From the IMG/VR virus record IMGVR_UViG_3300035698_010479, positions 62,001 through 126,000 of that record: DNA of 64,000 nucleotides. One strand, given 5' to 3'. The notes beneath the pieces are model-generated. The model searched no databases. It saw only the letters and a list, made by a program, of their open reading frames with translations, and was not told the DNA's origin. Numbering within the stretch: the stretch's first letter is position 1; the number at the start of each line of letters is the position of its first letter. The translations under genes were made by a program, and so were the position numbers. This document shows, piece by piece, positions 25,601-33,902 of the stretch.

Positions 25601-25793
25601 TAGTAAGTATATATTTACTATAGTTTATCTAGACAAACGAGTCCCTTTGCTTACTCTCAATAGAGTAGCTCTCGTACATTTTAAAACTTTCTGATTTTTC
25701 GTTTGTCATTTTGTTTGTTCCTAATTAAATTTTAAATACAGTATTTATAAACTATGTATAATATCAAAATTAACCCAAGGCCTTTTAGAAGTC

Positions 25794-26090
25794 TTAAACT
25801 ATAACTACTGAAATTGGGCCAGGAGCCGCTGGTGCCAAAAAATCTACTGTTACATCCTCTATGATTGAAGGTTCTGAACGATTCCCAGCGTCATCAATTG
25901 CCACAATATTAAAAGTAAATGTACCATCCAAATCAGGTGCTGCGTCATTTAGAATTATTTCTAGATTACCATCTGCATTTGGTACAATGTCAGCAACAGG
26001 GTATAACTTTGTAGCTAGGCCCCAAGAAAGTTCATAAGACACAACATCAGTAGATGTTGATGGTGCAAAAACTAGTTTAACTATATTCAT
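25794..26090 (-). CDS. fibronectin type III/Ig-like single-domain protein
   Basis: VVSYELSW, FNIVAIDDAGNRSEPS, APAAPG. Confidence 0.62.
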   Translation of the reverse strand: MNIVKLVFAPSTSTDVVSYELSWGLATKLYPVADIVPNADGNLEIILNDAAPDLDGTFTFNIVAIDDAGNRSEPSIIEDVTVDFLAPAAPGPISVVIV

Positions 26091-26130
26091 ATTTCTTCTC
26101 CTTAATGTTTATTATAAGTAGGTTAGTTAA

Positions 26131-26742
26131 TTATCTAATAGGTCTTTTCCTTTTCTTATCACTACTTCCGACCTTAATATGACAATCTAAACAACCCTCG
26201 TGTATCATTTTATCTTCTTTAGCGAACAACACTTGTCCTTTTGAGTGGGGGTAGTGACAGATATTACAAGTTACCTTATCATCTTTATACCATACCAGAA
26301 GATTATTAGAGCCAACCAATAGCTCTTTGGTCATAGGATCTACTGCATTTCCACCAGTTACTGGATCAATTACCTTTCTCCCTATAAACCTACCTGGGGG
26401 GTTGTATTGTGTACAAATAACGTTATCATGTTTAACTATAGCGGTTGTATTAAAAGGGTCATGGCAAGTCATACAAGACGAGTAGCCACTCTTTCTGGCC
26501 CTATCCGGGTGTCCTGCTGCGTGAAGGTTACCTACACCTTGTATATAAGTAACAATAGGCACTACTTCTGGGCAATCTTTACATATAATCGGATCTGGAC
26601 ATACCATTTCAATACACTTACTAGGTTGGGTTAACACTAAAGGCCCACCCTCCTCAGCGCTGAACCACACCTTATCCGCAGCAGCTGCGGCCGTAATGGT
26701 AAAACATAAACACATTATAAGTATTACTAATATCTTCTTCAT
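26131..26742 (-). CDS. secreted three-heme cytochrome c
   Basis: Sec signal peptide (MKKILVILIM...AAAAA); CMTCH, CNICH(YPH), CLDCH heme-binding motifs plus spare His residues. Confidence 0.85.
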   Translation of the reverse strand: MKKILVILIMCLCFTITAAAAADKVWFSAEEGGPLVLTQPSKCIEMVCPDPIICKDCPEVVPIVTYIQGVGNLHAAGHPDRARKSGYSSCMTCHDPFNTTAIVKHDNVICTQYNPPGRFIGRKVIDPVTGGNAVDPMTKELLVGSNNLLVWYKDDKVTCNICHYPHSKGQVLFAKEDKMIHEGCLDCHIKVGSSDKKRKRPIR

Positions 26743-26876
26743 TTAGCCTCCTACAAGTAAAATTAATTATCAAAACCTTTGTTAAACTACTAAATTTTAG
26801 TAAGGTAGCTTTACTAAGTACAAACTAAAATGTTCTAGTGACCATGCTTCTTTACCTAAAATAAAAGATACTGGTA

Positions 26877-27380
26877 TTAAATATCTTTACTTGTAAAATT
26901 AAAGTCTTTATACACATCCGTTGTTTTCTTTCTATAACCTGACCACACTATCCAACCAAATAGACGTAAAATAAACCAAGCAGTGTCGTTAAGAAAGAAC
27001 TTACCATTAACATATGTATTTATAGATCTGATTTGTCTGTCAAAGAAACTTCTTGGTTGTTTATCAAATATTTTTTTATGTTCAACATCTAATAAGTGAC
27101 CATAAATATATCCAAAGTCATGAAAAATACTACCAATAAGTAAAATACCAACAGGGTCTAATATAGGCCAAAAGACTCTTGGTACAGATGCCCCATCAAA
27201 GGTAAACCCTTTTGGTATTAAAATTGTGTTATTAAGCCAGGGTAAATATAACGTATAGTCTTTGTCTATTACCCATATACGTCTACTAAACGCATGTTTT
27301 AATTTCTTAACCCAAGTTAGACCACGTGTAGGTATACGTAGTGGGCTAAATGAAGGCATTTTAATAGTGGTATCTATCAT
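26877..27380 (-). CDS. DUF1353 domain protein
   Basis: IPKGFTFDGASVPR, SIFHDFGY, SFFDR. Confidence 0.82.
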   Translation of the reverse strand: MIDTTIKMPSFSPLRIPTRGLTWVKKLKHAFSRRIWVIDKDYTLYLPWLNNTILIPKGFTFDGASVPRVFWPILDPVGILLIGSIFHDFGYIYGHLLDVEHKKIFDKQPRSFFDRQIRSINTYVNGKFFLNDTAWFILRLFGWIVWSGYRKKTTDVYKDFNFTSKDI

Positions 27381-27564
27381 TTTTTTCCTCCAGCTCGAAT
27401 GTAATATCTGAACTACCCTTTACTACCGTAAACTTTTGGTAGTTGCTCTTTATTACATTTTCAGGTGCACTACCATGAAGTTTGTAAAGAAATAAAAATG
27501 TAATAGAAGATAATGCAAGTACATGCAACCCTTTACATAAAAATACCAAAATATCTGTTTCCAT
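27361..27564 (-). CDS. hypothetical membrane protein
   Basis: 67 aa with hydrophobic N-terminal half. Confidence 0.5.
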   Translation of the reverse strand: METDILVFLCKGLHVLALSSITFLFLYKLHGSAPENVIKSNYQKFTVVKGSSDITFELEEKNDRYHY

Positions 27565-27649
27565 AGTAATTTCCCTGATTGTTTAATATGTAATGATTAG
27601 GGACAAAAACTAGTCCCCTGCCTTATACCGAATAGTACTAGTTAACTAA

Positions 27650-28003
27650 TCAGTCATCTTTTTCAGAAGCTAGCCTCATTGCTTCTTTTTTTAAATCAGT
27701 TCTAGCATCTAAAAATCTTGTGTATAATTTATACATGAAAAATACTATTATGCCAGTTTTACCAGTACTTGTCAAAGCGGCTAAATCTGTTATATTATTT
27801 GTGGAATGTAAAGAAGTTACCACGTCTTGTACAGTGTCTGCATACTTATTTAATGTCTCAGGTGATGGTAGCTTTGAGGAAATATCATTACCTAAGATTT
27901 CCTTAATTAAGTATAAACTGCCAAGTAAAACACCAGCCAGAGACTGCCCTTCCAAAGACTGATATGCAGGTTTTATTTTGTTATCTTTTATTTTAGTAGC
28001 CAT
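27650..28003 (-). CDS. hypothetical membrane protein (holin-like, tentative)
   Basis: Two hydrophobic segments, charged C-terminus. Confidence 0.5.
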   Translation of the reverse strand: MATKIKDNKIKPAYQSLEGQSLAGVLLGSLYLIKEILGNDISSKLPSPETLNKYADTVQDVVTSLHSTNNITDLAALTSTGKTGIIVFFMYKLYTRFLDARTDLKKEAMRLASEKDD

Positions 28004-28018
28004 TTATAAAGACCCCTC

Positions 28019-28579
28019 TTAAATTACAGTTATACTTAAAATTTTTACAGCTAAAGTAAGGACAGTAACTACAAGTGTAGCTACTTGACTCATATTATTA
28101 CTTGTTGGGTTATCAAGTAACTTATCAATTTCTGAATAAGCTAGTATAGCTTGGTCATCAAAACTTTTAAACATGTTTTGGTCTTCGCCGTTAAAAGAAT
28201 CTAAATGTACTATAACAATTTTTCTGGCTTTTGCATAGCTAGTCTTAGTTATATCCCACATAAGACTTATATCGTATGTGTCAAAAGTAACAGTACCCAT
28301 GTTAATAATAGTGTTGTACTTCAATAATAAAAGCTTTATAGCCGCCTCTACTTCTAGTAGATCGTTCCATTCACTAGCTGTAAAAATATTATCTTGCTCT
28401 TGTTTATATGCCAATAAGTATTTAACTTTTGTATATGTAGTATCTAAAGTATTTATATACATAGACAATGTGTTAGTATTCACAACATACTTCTGCGGTT
28501 GAGTAGTAGTACAACCACCCAGCAATAACATAATGGATAACATAAAACCAATAATTATTCTATTTGTATTGTACTGCAT
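28019..28579 (-). CDS. lipoprotein
   Basis: Signal peptide with lipobox LLGG-C; hydrophobic C-terminal helix. Confidence 0.72.
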   Translation of the reverse strand: MQYNTNRIIIGFMLSIMLLLGGCTTTQPQKYVVNTNTLSMYINTLDTTYTKVKYLLAYKQEQDNIFTASEWNDLLEVEAAIKLLLLKYNTIINMGTVTFDTYDISLMWDITKTSYAKARKIVIVHLDSFNGEDQNMFKSFDDQAILAYSEIDKLLDNPTSNNMSQVATLVVTVLTLAVKILSITVI

Positions 28580-29169
28580 TACTCGATTACACCTGGGTCC
28601 GTTGCTGGTATAGTTTCTGTAATACTATTTGTTGTTTGTGAACCATCACCAGAAGTTATATGACTATCAGTGGCAGTGTTATGTGTACCTGCACCGTTAA
28701 TACCTGCTACAGCAATATCTTTGGCGTTATTGGATTGAGTAATTCCTAAAGCTACACCAGCTAAACCAAGTAAAGTTCCTCCCATCTTTTGTACAGATTC
28801 TCCTACAGTCTCAGGCGCTTCGATCTTACCAAGAGTTACTTTAGGTGTGGTAGCATCAGCCAAAGCTCTTGTAGTCAACCACTTGTCTTCCAACACCATA
28901 AGCATAAGCGGTGTAATAACATCATCCGTTTTGTCTGGTGTTGCTGCTACTGCTTGTAGTGCATTACTAGTGAGTAGTAGCATCTTTTCCTCGTGTTTTA
29001 GTTGTGCAGCTTCTCTTTTGGCTGATTCTTTATCGGCCATAAGTTGAAGTGTTACATTTTGTTCTTTTACAGCATTGGCGTAGCTAGTATATTCTTTACC
29101 AGCACAACCAACTAAAGACGTACATAAAGACAGTACGATTAATATTGCAAACACCTTTCTAATTTTCAT
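28579..29169 (-). CDS. lipoprotein
   Basis: Signal peptide with lipobox LVG-C; coiled coil. Confidence 0.72.
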   Translation of the reverse strand: MKIRKVFAILIVLSLCTSLVGCAGKEYTSYANAVKEQNVTLQLMADKESAKREAAQLKHEEKMLLLTSNALQAVAATPDKTDDVITPLMLMVLEDKWLTTRALADATTPKVTLGKIEAPETVGESVQKMGGTLLGLAGVALGITQSNNAKDIAVAGINGAGTHNTATDSHITSGDGSQTTNSITETIPATDPGVIE

Positions 29170-29250
29170 AATTCTCTCCCAAAAATAAAAACATTTATGT
29201 TTAAATTAAGTCCCTAACATATTGTAGTCAGTTTATTAACTATAACGTAC

Positions 29251-29283
29251 AAAACCCCAAACTAATAAATTAGTTGGGGTTTT
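29251..29283. terminator. terminator hairpin
   Basis: AAAACCCCAA...TTGGGGTTTT inverted repeat. Confidence 0.65.
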
Positions 29284-29292
29284 ACAGTAAAA

Positions 29293-29889
29293 CTAGGACT
29301 TAGGTGCAAATAGAGCAATAAATTTATTAAAAAATTCAGTAGGTGTGTGTGGGTCCAACCAACCAGAGATGATTCCTTCCTTGCTTAAACAAACTTTAGC
29401 GGCCATGACCATATCTTCAATTTCTGGAAAAGTATCCTCGTCAATATGTTTATAGAAATCCATAAATATAAAATCATATTTATTCTTTGTACGCACCATA
29501 AATTTTAAACCGTCTTGGTTTAATATAGTATGTCTACTTGCATCATATAAGGACCATTTTTCTAGTTTACCATCTAGCAGTTTAATAGTATCATTGTGTG
29601 AATTTATAACATCTTTACGTAGCTCTACAGTAGTTAAAGACTTTACTTGTGGGTATGTGAGTATACATCTAGAAGCTACACCTAAACCTAAGCCTATCTC
29701 TAAACAATGTCCTTTAGGCTTATCGCCCAACTGCTCCATATATACAGTATACTCACTCTCTAGGGCCCACAGGTTATGCCCAGGACCCACCTCTAGGAAT
29801 AATTCCCCCTGCATCTCATAAACAGTCACATTGCCATGCTTGCTTACGACATTACCATCTTTAAAATAAATACCCGATGCTGTCTGCAT
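29293..29889 (-). CDS. spermidine-synthase-like SAM-dependent methyltransferase
   Basis: CLEIGLGLG, TTVE, DGLKF, YDFIFMD. Confidence 0.75.
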   Translation of the reverse strand: MQTASGIYFKDGNVVSKHGNVTVYEMQGELFLEVGPGHNLWALESEYTVYMEQLGDKPKGHCLEIGLGLGVASRCILTYPQVKSLTTVELRKDVINSHNDTIKLLDGKLEKWSLYDASRHTILNQDGLKFMVRTKNKYDFIFMDFYKHIDEDTFPEIEDMVMAAKVCLSKEGIISGWLDPHTPTEFFNKFIALFAPKS

Positions 29890-29926
29890 TGTGCCCTCCG
29901 ATATGAGTTATATCTTAGTTAAACAA

Positions 29927-30400
29927 TTAAATCACGATGTCACCCTGTTGCTGGTCTTCTTGTTGTTCATATATAGATAAAGCTAGATCGGTTAATTTAG
30001 CAGCCCAATTTGGATCATCTTCATTTTTCTTAAGTTCGGTAGCGAAATCTTCTACGTCGTGCCCTACAATTTTTAACTTACCCTTATCATTAAGTACAAT
30101 ATGATTTAATTCATGAGAAATCATTCTCTTTTTGTCTTGCTCGGATGCATATTGCCATGCAAGTGCGTCAACAATAAATATACAATCGTAACCTTCTGGT
30201 ACACCTTCATCAGTTGTAAGAAATCGTACTTTCTCGTTAGCTAACTCAATAGATGTTAGGGTTATATTTCCCTTGGAAATACGCTTCTTTGTATCAAAAA
30301 GCAATTTAAATGAGATACCTTCCAACCAGTTAAATTCATTTGACAGTGTAACGTTAAAAATTGTTTCTAAAAGATCGTCGGATTCTAGATATCTGTTCAT
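29927..30400 (-). CDS. putative phage metallopeptidase
   Basis: ISHELNH (HExxH) followed by VGHDVEDF. Confidence 0.75.
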   Translation of the reverse strand: MNRYLESDDLLETIFNVTLSNEFNWLEGISFKLLFDTKKRISKGNITLTSIELANEKVRFLTTDEGVPEGYDCIFIVDALAWQYASEQDKKRMISHELNHIVLNDKGKLKIVGHDVEDFATELKKNEDDPNWAAKLTDLALSIYEQQEDQQQGDIVI

Positions 30401-30464
30401 TGTAATTCTCCTTAATGTAAATTAATAATAGCTAGTTATATACTAGCCTTCTTAAACTGCATAC

Positions 30465-30493
30465 ATTATACGCTAGTATAAAAATTAATGCAA
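30465..30493 (-). promoter_or_regulatory. sigma70-type promoter
   Basis: TTGCAT-17-TATAAT on the - strand. Confidence 0.65.
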
Positions 30494-30497
30494 GTGT

Positions 30498-30749
30498 TTA
30501 TATTATCTGTAGAGGTTTAACTGTACCATAAGGTGGTCCATTATCCCAATGATACTCGGTGTCTTCAAAATGCATACCAAACTTACATCTAGTATATTCA
30601 AAAGCCTTACCATTCCATTTACCTAAACTAAAGTTTCTGGCTTTGCATATATAGTATGCCCCTATAACTAATTCATTAACCGGTAGCCACTTATCGAAAG
30701 GTAAATGTCTTAGAAGTAACTCTCTAATTTCCTGTTCTGTAAATTCCAT
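30498..30749 (-). CDS. hypothetical protein
   Basis: 83-aa ORF. Confidence 0.7.
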   Translation of the reverse strand: MEFTEQEIRELLLRHLPFDKWLPVNELVIGAYYICKARNFSLGKWNGKAFEYTRCKFGMHFEDTEYHWDNGPPYGTVKPLQII

Positions 30750-30751
30750 AT

Positions 30752-31048
30752 CTACTCCACAACCATTTTAAAATCCCCAGTATTTTCATCAACGATATAA
30801 AGTACTTTTGTAGCTCCTTCGTAATAACCTATACATCGTTTCTCTATCCTAAAAGATTCCTGACAACCAGGAACTACTGATGCTGTATTCCGTATAAAAT
30901 AGGCTTGTTTACCATTTAAATCCCATCTACGTGTATCAAACAACAAGGATAACTGTCTAATATGTATCTTAGGTACTTCACGCCACTGATGGGTGTCCTC
31001 ATTCATTACCCGCCCATCAAATAATACCACTTCCCAACCCCTATTCAT
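30752..31048 (-). CDS. hypothetical protein
   Basis: 98-aa ORF. Confidence 0.7.
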   Translation of the reverse strand: MNRGWEVVLFDGRVMNEDTHQWREVPKIHIRQLSLLFDTRRWDLNGKQAYFIRNTASVVPGCQESFRIEKRCIGYYEGATKVLYIVDENTGDFKMVVE

Positions 31049-31081
31049 AAGCTAAATCCCCCTTTTATGTTCAATATTATA

Positions 31082-31300
31082 CTAAATATTATCAGAGTTG
31101 TCAAGAAAAATTTCTGGTTCTTTTAAATTTTTCCCGCAAAACGGACAAAATAAAATAGGTATACCATAAGTATGTGTCTTATGGAAGGTACCCTCGTCAG
31201 ATATTTCAATCCAAGCCATTATTGTACCATAGTTAGAATATTTTTGAAACAAAAAAGGATGATCTATTAAAACATTTTTAAAATCTTCGCAACAATCCAT
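31082..31300 (-). CDS. small zinc-binding protein
   Basis: MDCC...FCPFCGKNL. Confidence 0.7.
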   Translation of the reverse strand: MDCCEDFKNVLIDHPFLFQKYSNYGTIMAWIEISDEGTFHKTHTYGIPILFCPFCGKNLKEPEIFLDNSDNI

Positions 31301-31306
31301 AAAATT

Positions 31307-31333
31307 AAGGGCCTACATTTTAAGTAGACCCTT
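31307..31333 (-). terminator. terminator hairpin downstream of dnaK
   Basis: AAGGG-CCTAC...GTAG-A-CCCTT inverted repeat. Confidence 0.5.
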
Positions 31334-31352
31334 CTCCATTATATTATTAAAC

Positions 31353-33209
31353 TCAAACAGAAGCTTGTGACTCTTCAGGGCCTTGTTGTGGTTGTTCGGC
31401 TGGTTGTGCTTGTGCGTATAGTTTTTCTGATATAGGGTGAAATGCTAAGTTAAGTTCCTCAATCTTTTTAGTAAGTTCTTCTACAGAGACATCTTTAGAA
31501 ATAAGTTCACGAATCTCTGATATTTTAATGGCTAGGTCGTCTTTTTCCTCTTCAGAAACCTTATCAGAGTTATCCTTAATAGTTTTCTCCATTTGATAAG
31601 CGGTATTTTCGGCTTGGTTTTTTGCTTCAATTAAACTACGTTTAGCTTTATCGGCCTCTGCATGTTCCTCTGCTTCTGCTACCATACGGGCAATATCATC
31701 TTTAGAAAGCCCTGAAGAAGATTCAATTTTTATTGACTGCTCTTTACCTGTACCTAAATCTTTTGCTGACACGGTTAAAATACCATTAGCGTCAATATTA
31801 AAACTAACTTCAACCTGTGGTACACCTCTTGGCGCTGGTGGGATACCTACCAAATCAAATCTGCCCAATGTTTTATTATCCTGCGCCATTTCACGCTCGC
31901 CCTGAATAACGTGTATGGAGACAGCGTTTTGATTGTCAACAGCTGTGCTAAAAACCTGGGTTCTCAATACAGGTATTGACGTATTTTTATCTATAATTCT
32001 GGTAGCTACACCACCTAGAGTTTCAATGCTAAAAGAAAGCGCCGTAACATCAAGTAGTAATACATCAGTAGTAACGCCTGCAATAATACTTGCCTGAATA
32101 GCAGCACCCTGTGCTACTACTTCATCAGGATTTACTGATTTATTTAACTTTTTATTAAAAAAATCTTCAACCACTTTTTGTACAGCAGGTATACGTGTAG
32201 ATCCACCCACTAAAATAATCTCATCAATACTATCTTTGGTTAGATGAGCATCATTTAACACGGTCTTACAAAGAACTAAGATTTTATCTACTAAATCAGA
32301 TGTCATACTATCAAACCTAGACCTAGTTAACTTAGTATTTAGATGTTTTGGACCAGAAGCATCCGCTGTGATGAATGGTATATTAATAGTTACCTCCATA
32401 GCAGAAGATAGCTCTTTCTTGGCTTTCTCAGCTTCATCTTTCAGGCGCTGAAGGGCCATATTATCATTACGCAGGTTAATACCTTCATTCTTTTTGAAGT
32501 CGTCTACCAACCAATTAACGATAACTTGGTCAAAATCAGTACCTCCAAGATAACTATTGCCGAATGTACCTATAACTTCAACAACATTATCACCTAAATC
32601 TAATATAGATGTATCACTGGTACCTGCACCAATGTCTACGATCATGACCTTTTCTTCTTTATCGCCTTCAAAGCCGTAAGCAAGTGCAGCAGCTGTAGGT
32701 TCATTAATTATACGTTTTATATCTAGCCCAGCTATCTTACCTGCATCTTTTGTAGCCTGTCTTTGGGCATCTGTAAAATACGCAGGTACAGTAACAACTG
32801 CTTCTGTTACTGTTTCACCTAAGTAATCCTCAGCGTATTTCTTCATCTCTGCTAATACAGCTGCAGATATTTCTACAGGTGACATTAATTTACCATCAAT
32901 ATTAATTAATACTTCACCGGAGGGACCCTCACTTAATTTAAAAGGTGCTATCTTTATAAAATCTTGAACTTCCTTATCCTTATATAAGCGGCCTATAAGT
33001 CTTTTTGCTTCATAGACTGTTCTTTCTGAGTTGGTGACAGCCTGTCGTTTAGCTGCACCACCTACTAATTTAGTGTCATTAGTAAATGCAACTACACTTG
33101 GGGTAGTTGAAGTACCATCACTAGAAAAAATAATTTTTGGTGTACCACTTTCCATAACTGAAACACATGAAAAGCCTGTTCCAAGGTCTATTCCAACAAT
33201 CTTTCCCAT
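31353..33209 (-). CDS. dnaK: Hsp70 chaperone DnaK
   Basis: [50 protein letters not shown]. Confidence 0.97.
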   Translation of the reverse strand: MGKIVGIDLGTGFSCVSVMESGTPKIIFSSDGTSTTPSVVAFTNDTKLVGGAAKRQAVTNSERTVYEAKRLIGRLYKDKEVQDFIKIAPFKLSEGPSGEVLINIDGKLMSPVEISAAVLAEMKKYAEDYLGETVTEAVVTVPAYFTDAQRQATKDAGKIAGLDIKRIINEPTAAALAYGFEGDKEEKVMIVDIGAGTSDTSILDLGDNVVEVIGTFGNSYLGGTDFDQVIVNWLVDDFKKNEGINLRNDNMALQRLKDEAEKAKKELSSAMEVTINIPFITADASGPKHLNTKLTRSRFDSMTSDLVDKILVLCKTVLNDAHLTKDSIDEIILVGGSTRIPAVQKVVEDFFNKKLNKSVNPDEVVAQGAAIQASIIAGVTTDVLLLDVTALSFSIETLGGVATRIIDKNTSIPVLRTQVFSTAVDNQNAVSIHVIQGEREMAQDNKTLGRFDLVGIPPAPRGVPQVEVSFNIDANGILTVSAKDLGTGKEQSIKIESSSGLSKDDIARMVAEAEEHAEADKAKRSLIEAKNQAENTAYQMEKTIKDNSDKVSEEEKDDLAIKISEIRELISKDVSVEELTKKIEELNLAFHPISEKLYAQAQPAEQPQQGPEESQASV

Positions 33210-33238
33210 TTTAAAATCTCCTTAAAAATTTAATTATT

Positions 33239-33805
33239 TTATACTACTTTGTATTTATTCCATATCTCCAAGTCGTAACATGCTGGAGACTTACCTGATT
33301 GCTCTGCTAAATATAATACTTCTTTTTCTAATGTCAAGTATTTTTTACGTGTGGGTGTGCTTTTTGGTACATCATAATCCAGCGATTTCAGATGCTTCAA
33401 CATATGAGTATCCAATGCTGCATATTGCGCATTTGCTCTACTATGTATTAAAAAACATCTTGCTGTTTTCATACCTATACCATATATACTTTCTAGGTCT
33501 TCTGCTGAACAATTACGTAAATCAATTTTAGCATTAGCCAACTGATACAACGTTCGTGCCTTTAAATTATGGCAACCAGTTTTATTAAAGTGTAAAAAAT
33601 CAGCTAGTTGTTTAATATTATAATGCATTATAGCATCAAAGGGTGTTACTTCCATACCAAAATTTTGCCAGAAATTTACCATATTATTGGTAGCTTCTGC
33701 TGCACGTGTACCATTCTTTCCGGCAGCCAACACCCAAAATATCATACGAGCTTCTAGTTCAAAATCAGATAAGTTATAATTAGTTATATTAGCAGCATCA
33801 ATCAT
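33239..33805 (-). CDS. HhH-GPD DNA glycosylase-like protein (Ogg/endonuclease III superfamily)
   Basis: DLESIYGIGMKTARCF HhH motif, ALDTHMLK. Confidence 0.72.
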   Translation of the reverse strand: MIDAANITNYNLSDFELEARMIFWVLAAGKNGTRAAEATNNMVNFWQNFGMEVTPFDAIMHYNIKQLADFLHFNKTGCHNLKARTLYQLANAKIDLRNCSAEDLESIYGIGMKTARCFLIHSRANAQYAALDTHMLKHLKSLDYDVPKSTPTRKKYLTLEKEVLYLAEQSGKSPACYDLEIWNKYKVV

Positions 33806-33848
33806 AAATCCTCCTTGTTTATTTAACCATCATTATTATATGGTAGTA

Positions 33849-33876
33849 AGTATAACATACATCTAAATATAGTCAA
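33849..33876 (-). promoter_or_regulatory. sigma70-type promoter (divergent region)
   Basis: TTGACT-16-TATACT on the - strand. Confidence 0.5.
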
Positions 33877-33902
33877 GATAAAAGTAAAGGAGTATATATA
33901 TT

